From NCBI GenBank assembly GCA_964016885.1, contig OZ024744.1, positions 119,970,001 through 120,034,000 of the forward strand: a stretch of 64,000 nt of DNA. Reading direction: 5' to 3'. This document shows, piece after piece, positions 1 to 12,000 of the stretch. The notes under the pieces were generated by a model. The model had not been told where the DNA came from and ran no database searches. It saw only the letters and a list, made by a program, of their open reading frames with translations. The stretch comes from Eledone cirrhosa. Taxonomy: Eukaryota. Position 1 is the first letter of the stretch; every line of letters starts with the position of its first letter. The translations under genes and the position numbers were made by a program.

Positions 1-3000
1 TCTCTCAATTCAGAGATTCTTTCCTGAGACATTCTAACCACATGTCATAGTATCAGAGCTGTGATATCTCAATTCATTGATTCTTTCCTGACACGTTCTA
101 ACCACATGTCATAGTATCAGAGCTGTGATCTCTCAATTTAGATATTCTTTCCTGAGATATTCTAACCACATGTCATAGTATTAGAGCTGTGATCTCTCAA
201 TTCAGAGATTCTTTCCTGAGACATTCTAATCACATGTCTGTAGTATCAGAGCTGTATGCTCTCAATTCAGAGATTCTTTCCAGAGACATTATAACCACAT
301 GTCATAGTATCGGAGCTGTGATCTCTCAATTCAGAGATTCTTTCCTGAGACATTCTAACCACATGTCATAGTATCAGAGCTGTGATATCTCAATTCAGAG
401 TTTCTTTCCTGACACATTCTAGCCACATGTCATAGTATCAGAGCTGTGATCTCTCAATTTAGATATTCTTTCCTGAGATATTCTAACCACATGTCATAGT
501 ATCAGAGCTGTGATCTCTCAATTCAGAGATTCTTTCCTGAGATATTCTAACCACATGTCATAGTTACAGAGCTGTGATCTCTCTATTCAGATATTCTTTC
601 TTGAGACATTCTAACTCCATGTCCACAGTATCAGAGCTGTGATATCTCAATTTAGAGATTCTTTCCTGAGATATTCTAACTACATGTCATAGTATCAGTG
701 CTGTGATCTCTCAATTTAGAAGTTCTTTCAAGAGATATTCTAACCACATGTCATAGTATCAGAGCTGTGACCTCTCAATTCAGAGATTCTTTCCTGAGAC
801 AGTCTAACCACATGTCTGTAGTATCAGAGCTGTGATCTCTCAATTCAGAGATTCTTTCCTGAGACATTCTAACCACATGTCTGTAGTATCAGTGCTGTAT
901 GCTCTCAATTCAGAGATTCTTTCCTGAGACATTCTAACCACATGGCATAGTATCAGAGCTGTGATATCTCAATTCAGAGATTCTTTCCTGAGATATTCTA
1001 ACCACATGTCATAGTATCAGAGCTGTGATCTCTCAATTCAGATATTCTTTCCTGAGATATTCTAACCACATGTCATAGGATCAGAGTTGTGATCTCTCAA
1101 TTCAGAGATTCTTTCCTGAGATATTCTAACCACATGTCATCGTATCAGAGCTGTGATCTCCCAATTCAGAGATTCTTTCCTGGGATATTCTAACCACATG
1201 TCATAGTATCAGAGCTGTGATCTCTCAATTCAGATATTCTTTCCTGAGACATTAAAGCCACATGTCATAGGATCAGAGTTGTAATCTTTCAATTAAGAGA
1301 TTCTTTCCTGAGATATTGTAAACACATGTCATATTATCAGAGCTGTGATCTCTCAATTCAGAGATTCTTTCATGGGATATAGAATATATCACATGTCATA
1401 TTATCAGAGCTGTGATCTCTCAATTCAGATATTCTTTCCTGAGATATTCTAACCACATGTCATATTATCAGAGTTGTGATCTCTCAATTCAGTGATTCTT
1501 TCCTGAGATATTCTAACCAAATGTCATAGTATCAGATCTGTGATATCTCAATTCAGAGATTCCTTCCTGAGACATTCTTACCACATGTCATAGTATCAGA
1601 GCTGTGATCTCTCAATTTAGATATTCTTTCCTGAGATATTATAACCACATGTCATAGTATCAGAGCTGTGATCTCTCAATTCAGAGTTTCTTTCCTGAGA
1701 CATTCGAAGCTCGTCATAGTATCAGAGCTGTGATATCTCCATTCAGAGATTCTTTCCTGAGACATTCTAACCACATGTCATAGTATCGGAGCTGTGATCT
1801 CTCAATTCAGAGATTCTTTCCTGAGACATTCTAACCACATGTCATAGTATCAGAGCTGTGATCTCTCAATTCAGAGATTCTTTCCTGAGACATTCTAACC
1901 GCATGTCATAGTATTCAGAGCTGTGATATCTCAATTCAGAGATTCTTTCCTGACACATTCTAACCACATGTCATAGTATCAAAGCTGTGATCTCTCAATT
2001 TAGATATTCTTTCCTGAGATATTCTAACCACATGTCATAGTATTAGAGCTGTGATCTCTCAATTCAGAGATTCTTTCCTGAGACATTCTAACCACATGTC
2101 TGTAGTATCAGAGCTGTATGCTCTCAATTCAGAGATTCTTTCCAGAGACATTCTAACCACATGTCATAGTATCGGAGCTGTGATCTCTCAATTCAGAGAT
2201 TCTTTCCTGAGACATTCTAACCACATGTCATAGTATCAGAGCTGTGATATCTCAATTCAGAGATTCTTTCCTGACACATTCTAGCCACATGTCATAGTAT
2301 CAGAGCTGTGATCTCTCAATTTAGATATTCTTTCCTGAGATATTCTAACCACATGTCATAGTATTAGAGCTGTGATCTCTCAATTCAGAGATTCTTTCCT
2401 GAGACATTTTAACCACATGTCTGTAGTATCAGAGCTGTATGCTCTCAATTCAGAGATTCTTTCCTGACATATTCTAACCACATGTCATAGTATCGGAGCT
2501 GTGATCTCTCAATTCAGAGATTCTTTCCTGAGATATTCTAACCACATGTCATAGTATCAGAGCTGTGATATCACAATTCAGAGATTCTTTCCTGAGATAT
2601 TCTAACCACATATCATAGTTACAGAGCTGTAATCTCTCTATTCAGAGATTCTTTCTTGAGACATTCTAACTCCATGTCCACAGTATCAGAGCTGTGATCT
2701 CTCAATTTAGAGATTCTTTCCTGAGATATTCTAACTACATGTCATAGTATCAGAGCTGTGATCTCTCAATTTAGAGATTCTTTCAAGAGATATTCTAACC
2801 ACATGTGATAGTATCAGAGCTGTGATCTCTCAATTCAGAGATTCTTTCCTGAGATATTCTAACCACATGTCATAGTTACAGAGCTGTGATCTCTCTATTC
2901 AGAGATTCTTTCTTGAGACATTCTAACTCCATGTCCACACTATCAGATCTGTGATCTCTCAATTTAGAGATTCTTTCCTGAGATATTCTAACTACATCTC

Positions 3001-6000
3001 ATAGTATCAGAGCTGTGATCTCTCAATTTAGAGATTCTTTCAAGAGATATTCTAACCACATGTCATAGTATCAGATCTGTGATCTCTCAATTCAGAGATT
3101 CTTTCCTGAGACATTCTAACCACATGTCATAGTATCAGAGATGTGATCTCTCAATTCAGATATTCTTTCCTGAGACATTAAAGCCACATGTCATAGGATC
3201 AGAGTTGTGATCTTTCAATTCAGAGATTCTTTCCTGAGATATTGTAAACACATGTCATATTATCAGAGCTGTGATCTGTCAATTCAGAGATTCTTTCATG
3301 GGATATAGAATATATCACATGTCATATTATCAGAGCTGTGATCTCTCAATTCAGATATTCTTTCCTGAGATATTCTAACCACATGTCATATTATCAGAGT
3401 TGTGATCTCTCAATTCAGTGATTCTTTCCTGAGATATTCTAACCAAATGTCATAGTATCAGATCTGTGATATCTCAATTCAGAGATTCTTTCCTGAGACA
3501 TTCTAACCACATGTCATAATATCAGAGCTGTGATCTCTCTATTTAGATATTCTTTCCTGAGATATTCTAACCACATGTCATACTATTAGAGCTGTGACCT
3601 TTCAATTCAGAGATTCTTCCCTGAGACATTCTAACCACATGTCTGTAGTATCAGAGCTGTATGCTCTCAATTCAGAGATTCTTTCCTGAGACATTCTAAC
3701 CACATGTCATAGTATCGGAGCTGTGATCTCTCAATTCAGAGATTCTTTCCTGACACATTCTAACCACATGTCATAGTATCAGAGCTGTGATCTCTCAATT
3801 TAGATATTCTTTCCTGAGATATTCTAACCACATGTCATAGTATTAGAGCTGTGATCTCTCAATTCAGAGATTCTTTCCTGAGACATTCTCACCACATGTC
3901 TGTAGTATCAGAGCTGTATGCTCTCAATTCAGAGATTCTTTCCAGAGAAGTTCTAACCACATGTCATAGTATCGGAGCTGTGATCTCTCAATTGAGAGAT
4001 TCTTTCCTGAGACATTCTAACCACATGTCATAGTATCAGAGCTGTGATATCTCAATTCAGAGATTCTTTCCTGACACATTCTAGCCACATGTCATAGTAT
4101 CAGAGCTGTGATATCACAATTCAGAGATTCTTTCCTGAGATATTCTAACCACATGTCATAGTTACAGAGCTGTGATCTCTCTATTCAGAGATTCTTTCTT
4201 GAGACATTCTAACTCCATGTCCACAGTATCAGAGCTGTGATCTCTCAATTTAGAGATTCTTTCCTGAGATATTCTAACCACATGTCATAGTATTAGAGCT
4301 GTGATCTCTCAATTCAGAGATTCTTTCCTGAGACATTCTAACCACATGTCATAGTATCGGAGCTGTGATCTCTCAATTCAGAGATTCTTTCCTGAGATAT
4401 TCTAACCACATGTCATAGTATCAGAGCTGTGATATCACAATTCAGAGATTCTTTCCTGAGATATTCTAACCACATGTCATAGTTACAGAGCTGTGATCTC
4501 TCTATTCAGAGATTTTTTCTTGAGACATTCTAACTCCATGTCCACAGTATCAGAGCTGTGATCTCTCAATTTAGAGATTCTTTCCTGAGGTATTCTAACT
4601 ACATGTCATAGTATCAGAGCTGTGATCTCTCAATTTAGAGATTCTTTCAAGAGATATTCTAACCACATGTCATAGTATCAGAGCTGTGATCTCTCAATTC
4701 AGAGATTCTTTCCTGAGACATTCTAACCACATGTAATAGTATTAGATCTGTGATCTCTCAATTTAGAGATTCTTTCCTGAGACATTCTAACTCCATGTCC
4801 ACAGTATCAGAGCTGTGATCTCTCAATTTAGAGATTCTTTCCTGATATATTCTAACCACATGCCATAGTATTAGAGATGTGATCTCTCAATTCAGAGATT
4901 CTTTCCTGAGACATTCTAACCACATGTCATAGTATCAGAGCTGTGATATCTCAATTCAGAGATTCTTTCCTGACACATTCTAGCCACATGTCATAGTATC
5001 AGAGCTGTGATCTCTCAATTTAGATATTCTTTCCTGAGATATTCTAACCACATGTCATAGTATTAGAGCTGTGATCTCTCAATTCAGAGATTCTTTCCTG
5101 AGACATTCTAACCACATGTCATAGTATCTGAGCTGTTATCTCTCAATTCAGAGATTCTTTCCTGAGATATTCTAACCACATGTTATAGTTACAGAGCTGT
5201 GATCTCTCAATTCAGAGATTCTTTCATGGGATATAGAATATATCACATGTCATATTATCAGAGCTGTGATCTCTCAATTCAGATATTCTTTCCTGAGATA
5301 TTCTAACCACATGTCATATTATCAGAGTTGTGATCTCTCAATTCAGTGATTCTTTCCTGAGATATTCTAACCAAATGTCATAGTATCAGATCTGTGATAT
5401 CTCAATTCAGAGATTCTTTCCTGAGACATTCTTACCACATGTCATAGTATCAGAGCTGTGATCTCTTAATTTAGATATTCTTTCCTGAGATATTATAACC
5501 ACATGTCATAGTATCAGAGCTGTGATCTCTCAATTCAGAGATTCTTTCCTGAGACATTCTAAGCTCGTCATAGTATCAGAGCTGTGATATCTCAATTCAG
5601 AGATTCTTTCCTGAGACATTCTAACCACATGTTATAGTATCAGAGCTGTGATCTCTCAATTTAGATAATCTTTCCTGAGATATTCTCACCACATGTCATA
5701 GTATTAGAGCTGTGATCTTTCAATTCAGAGATTCTTCCCTGAGACATTCTAAACACATGTCTGTAGTATCAGAGATGTATGCTCTCAATTCAGAGATTCT
5801 TTCCTGAGACATTCTAACCACATGTCATAGTATCGGAGCTGTGATCTCTCAATTCAGAGATTCTTTCCTGAGACATTCTAACCACATGTCATAGTATCAG
5901 AGATGTGATCTCTCAATTCAGAGATTCTTTCCTGAGACATTCTAACCACATGTCATAGTATCAGAGCTGTGATATCTCAATTCAGAGATTCTTTCCTGAC

Positions 6001-9000
6001 ACGTTCTAACCACATGTCATAGTATCAGAGCTGTGATCTCTCAATTTAGATATTCTTTCCTGAGATATTCTAACCACATGTCATAGTATTAGAGCTGTGA
6101 TCTCTCAATTCAGAGATTCTTTCCTGAGACATTCTAATCACATGTCTGTAGTATCAGAGCTGTATGCTCTCAATTCAGAGATTCTTTCCAGAGACATTAT
6201 AACCACATGTCATAGTATCGGGGCTGTGATCTCTCAATTCAGAGATTCTTTCCTGAGACATTCTAACCACATGTCATAGTATCAGAGCTGTGATATCTCA
6301 ATTCAGAGTTTCTTTCCTGACACATTCTAGCCACATGTCATAGTATCAGAGCTGTGATCTCTCAATTTAGATATTCTTTCCTGAGATATTCTAACCACAT
6401 GCCATAGTATCAGAGCTGTGATCTCTCAATTCAGAGATTCTTTCCTGAGATATTCTAACCACATGTCATAGTATCAGAGCTGTGATATCTCAATTCAGAG
6501 ATTCTTTCGTGAGATATTCTAACCACATGTCATAGTTACAGAGCTGTGATCTCTCTATTCAGAGATTCTTTCTTGAGACATTCTAACTCCATGTCCACAG
6601 TATCAGAGCTGTGATATCTCAATTTAGAGATTCTTTCCTGAGATATTCTAACTACATGTCATAGTATCAGTGCTGTGATCTCTCAATTTAGAAGTTCTTT
6701 CAAGAGATATTCTAGCCACATGTCATAGAATCAGAGCTGTGACCTCTCAATTCAGAGATTCTTTCCTGAGACAGTCTAACCACATGTCTGTAGTATCAGA
6801 GCTGTGATCTCTCAATTCAGAGATTCTTTCCTGAGACATTCTAACCACATGTCTGTAGTATCAGAGCTGTATGCTCTCAATTCAGAGATTCTTTCCTGAG
6901 ACATTCTAACCACATGGCATAGTATCAGAGCTGTGATATCTCAATTCAGAGATTCTTTCCTGAGATATTCTAACCACATGTCATAGTATCAGAGCTGTGA
7001 TCTCTCAATTCAGATATTCTTTCCTGAGACATTAAAGCCACATGTCATAGGATCAGAGTTGTGATCTTTCAATTAAGAGATTCTTTCCTGAGATATTGTA
7101 AACACATGTCATATTATCAGAGCTGTGATCTCTCAATTCAGAGATTCTTTCATGGGATATAGAATATATCACATGTCATATTATGAGAGCTGTGATCTCT
7201 CAATTCAGATATTCTTTCCTGAGACATTCTAACCACATGTCATATTATCAGAGTTGTGATCTCTCAATTCAGTGATTCTTTCCTGAGATATTCTAACCAA
7301 ATGTCATAGTATCAGATCTGTGATATCTCAATTCAGAGATTCTTTACTGAGACATTCTTACCACATGTCATAGTATCAGAGCTGTGATCTCTCAATTTAG
7401 ATATTCTTTCCTGAGATATTATAACCACATGTCATAGTATCAGAGCTGTGATCTCTCAATTCAGAGTTTCTTTCCTGAGACATTCGAAGCTCGTCATAGT
7501 ATCAAAGCTGTGATCTCTCAATTTAGATATTCTTTCCTGAGATATTCTAACCACATGTCATAGTATTAGAGCTGTGATCTCTCAATTCAGAGATTCTTTC
7601 CTGAGACATTCTAACCACATGTCTGTAGTATCAGAGCTGTATGCTCTCAATTCAGAGATTCTTTCCAGAGACATTCTAACCACATGTCATAGTATCGGAG
7701 CTGTGATCTCTCAATTCAGAGATTCTTTCCTGAGACATTCTAACCACATGTCATAGTATCAGAGCTGTGATATCTCAATTCAGAGATTCTTTCCTGACAC
7801 ATTCTAGCCACATGTCATAGTATCAGAGCTGTGATCTCTCAATTTAGATATTCTTTCCTGAGATATTCTAACCACATGTCATAGTATTAGAGCTGTGATC
7901 TCTCAATTCAGAGATTCTTTCCTGAGACATTCTAACCACATGTCTGTAGTATCAGAGCTGTATGCTCTCAATTCAGAGATTCTTTCCTGAGACATTCTAA
8001 CCACATGTCATAGTATCGGAGCTGTGATCTCTCAATTCAGAGATTCTTTCCTGAGATATTCTAACCACATGTCATAGTATCAGAGCTGTGATATCACAAT
8101 TCAGAGATTCTTTCCTGAGATATTCTAACCACATGTCATAGTTACAGAGCTGTTATCTCTCTATTCAGAGATTCTTTCTTGAGACATTCTAACTCCATGT
8201 CCACAGTATCAGAGCTATGATCTCTCAATTTAGAGATTCTTTCCTGAGATATTCTAACTACATGTCATAGTATCAGAGCTGTGATCTCTCAATTTAGAGA
8301 TTCTTTCAAGAGATATTCTAACCACATGTCATAGTATCAGAGCTGTGATCTCTCAATTCAGAGATTCTTTCCTGAGACATTCTAACTCCATGTCCACAGT
8401 ATCAGAGCTGTGATCTCTCAATTTAGAGATTCTTTCCTGAGACATTCTAACCACATGCCATAGTATTAGAGATGTGATCTCTCAATTCAGAGATTCTTTC
8501 CTGAGACATTCTAACCACATGTCATAGTATCTGAGCTGTTATCTCTCAATTCAGAGATTCTTTCCTGAGATATTCTAACCACATGTCATAGTTACAGAGC
8601 TGTGATCTCTCTATTCAGAGATTCTTTCTTGAGACATTCTAACTCCATGTCCACAGTATCAGATCTGTGATCTCTCAATTTAGAGATTCTTTCCTGAGAT
8701 ATTCTAACTACATGTCATAGTATCAGAGCTGTGATCTCTCAATTTAGAGATTCTTTCAAGAGATATTCTAACCACATGTAATAGTATTAGACCTGTGATC
8801 TCTCAATTTAGAGATTCTTTCCTGAGATATTGTAAACACATGTCATATTATCAGAGCTGTGATCTCTCAATTCAGAGATTCTTTCATGGGATATAGAATA
8901 TATCACATGTCATATTATCAGAGCTGTGATCTCTCAATTCAGATATTCTTTCCTGAGATATTCTAACCACATGTCATATTATCAGAGTTGTGATCTCTCA

Positions 9001-12000
9001 ATTCAGTGATTCTTTCCTGTGATATTCTAACCAAATGTCATAGTATCAGATCTGTGATATCTCAATTCAGAGATTCTTTCCTGACACATTCTTACCACAT
9101 GTCATAGTATCAGAGCTGTGATCTCTCAATTCAGAGATTCTTTCCTGAGACATTCTAAGCTCGTCATAGTATCAGAGCTGTGATATCTCAATTCAGAGAT
9201 TCTTTCCTGAGACATTCTAACCATGTTATAGTATCAGAGCTGTGATCTCTCAATTTAGATATTCTTTCCTGAGATATTCTAACCACATGTCATAGTATTA
9301 GAGCTGTGATCTTTCAATTCAGAGATTCTTCCCTGAGACATTCTAACCACATGTCTGTAGTATCAGATTTGTATTCTCTCAATTCAGAGATTCTTTCCTG
9401 AGACATTCTAACCACATGTCATAGTATCAGAGCTGTGATATCTCAATTCAGAGATTCTTTCCTGACACGTTCTAACCACATGTCATAGTATCAGAGCTGT
9501 GATCTCTCAATTTAGATATTCTTTCCTGAGATATTCTAACCACATGTCATAGTATTAGAGCTGTGATCTCTCAATTCAGAGATTCTTTCCTGAGACATTC
9601 TAATCACATGTCTGTAGTATCAGAGCTGTATGCTCTCAATTCAGAGATTCTTTACAGAGCCATTCTAACCACATGTCATAGTATCGGAGCTGTGATCTCT
9701 CAATTCAGAGATTCTTTCCTGAGACATTCTAACCACATGTCATAGTATCAGAGCTGTGATATCTCAATTCAGAGTTTCTTTCCTGACACATTCTAGCCAC
9801 ATGTCATAGTATCAGAGCTGTGATCTCTCAATTTAGATATTCTTTCCTGAGATATTCTAACCACATGTCATAGTATTAGAGCTGTGATCTCTCAATTCAG
9901 AGATTCTTTCCTGAGACATTCTAACCACATGTCTGTAATATCAGAGCTGTATAATTCTCAATTCAGAGATTCTTTCCTGAGACATTCTAACCACATGTCA
10001 TAGTATCAGAGCTGTGATCTCTCAATTCAGAGATTCTTTCCTGAGATATTCTAACCACATGTCATAGTATCAGAGCTGTGATATCTCAATTCAGAGATTC
10101 TTTCCTGAGATATTCTAACCACATGTCATAGTTACAGACATGTGATCTCTCTATTTAGAGATTCTTTCTTGAGACATTCTAACTCCATGTCCACAGTATC
10201 AGAGCTGTGATCTCTCAATTTAGAGATTCTTTCCTGAGATATTCTAACTACATGTCATAGTATCAGAGCTGTGATCTCTCAATTTAGAAGTTCTTTCAAG
10301 AGATATTCTAACCACATGTCATAGTATCAGAGCTGTGATCTCTCAATTCAGAGATTCTTTCCTGAGACATTCTAACCACATGTAATAGTATTAGATCTGT
10401 GATCTCTCAATTTAGAGATTCTTTCCTGAGACATTCTAACTCCATGTCCACAGTATCAGAACTGTGATCTCTCAATTTAGAGATTCTTTCCTGAGATATT
10501 CTAACCACATGCCATAGTATTAGAGATGTGATCTCTCAATTCAGAGATTCTTTCCTGAGACATTCTAACCACATGTCATAGTATCTGAGCTGTTATCTCT
10601 CAATTCAGAGTTTCTTTCCTGAGACATTCTAACCACATGGCATAGTATCAGAGCTGTGATATCTCAATTCAGAGATTCTTTCCTGAGATATTCTAACCAC
10701 ATGTCATAGTATCAGAGCTGTGATCTCTCAATTCAGATATTCTTTCCTGAGACATTCTAACCACATGTCATAGGATCAGATTTGTGATCTCTCAATTCAG
10801 AGATTCTTTCCTGAGATATTCTAACCACATGTCATAGTATCAGAGCTGTGACCTCTCAATTCAGAGATTCTTTCCTGAGACATTCTAACCACATGTCTGT
10901 AGTATCAGAGCTGTATGCTCTCAATTCAGAGATTCTTTCCTGAGACATTCTAACCATATGTCATAATATCAGAGCTGTTATCTCTCAATTCATAGATTCT
11001 TTCCTGAGACATTCTAGCCACATGGCATACTATCAGAGCTGTGATATCTCAATTCAGAGATTCTTTCCTGAGATATTCTAACCACATGTCATAGGATCAG
11101 AGTTGTGATCTCTCAATTCAGAGATTCTTTCCTGAGATATTCTAACCACATGTCATAGTATTAGAGCTGTGATCTCTCAATTCAGAGATTCTTTCCTGAG
11201 ACATTCTAACCACATGTCTGTAGTATCAGAGCTGTATGCTCTCAATTCAGAGATTCTTTCCAGAGACATTCTAACCACATGTCATAGTATCGGAGTTGTG
11301 ATCTCTCAATTCAGAGATTCTTTCCTGAGACATTCTAACCACATGTCATAGTATCAGAGCTGTGATATCTCAATTCAGAGATTCTTTCCTGACACATTCT
11401 AACCACAGGTCATAGTATCAGAGCTGTGATCTCTCAATTTAGATATTCTTTCGTGAGATATTCTAACCACATGTCATAGTATTAGAGCTGTGATCTCTCA
11501 ATTCAGAGATTCTTTCCTGAGACTTTCTAACCACATGTCTGTAGTATCAGAGCTGTATGCTCTCAATTCAGAGATTCTTTCCTGAGACATTCTAACCACA
11601 TGTCATAGTATCGGAGCTGTGATCTCTCAATTCAGAGATTCTTTCCTGAGATATTCTAACCACATGTCATAGTATCAGAGCTGTGATATCTCAATTCAGA
11701 GATTCTTTCCTGAGATATTCTAACCACATGTCATAGTTACAGAGCTGTGATCTCTCTATTCAGAGATTCTTTCTTGAGACATTCTAACTCCATGTCCACA
11801 GTATCAGAGCTGTGATCTCTCAATTTAGAGATTCTTTCCTGAGATATTCTAACTACATGTCATAGTATCAAAGCTGTGATCTCTCAATTTAGAGATTCTT
11901 TCAAGAGACATTCTAACCACATGTCATAGTATCAGAGCTGTGATCTCTCAATTTAGAGATTCTTTCCTGAGACATTCTAACTCCATGTCCACATTATCAG

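Noticed and set aside
39-44. E-box CACATG (and a p53-like CATG core) in nearly every monomer
   Set aside because: A 6-bp motif is expected by chance and is merely amplified with the repeat. The flanks fit the p53 half-site poorly, and there is no evidence of binding.
10-58. Internal sub-repeats in the monomer (TCAGAG twice; GAGATTCT / GAGACATTCT) suggesting a shorter ancestral unit
   Set aside because: The matches are short and irregularly spaced, and no consistent 16-, 21- or 32-bp sub-period is evident by eye.
1-192. Three monomers = 192 bp, close to a nucleosome repeat length
   Set aside because: This is numerical coincidence without MNase data, and no consistent trimer periodicity of variants is seen across the array.
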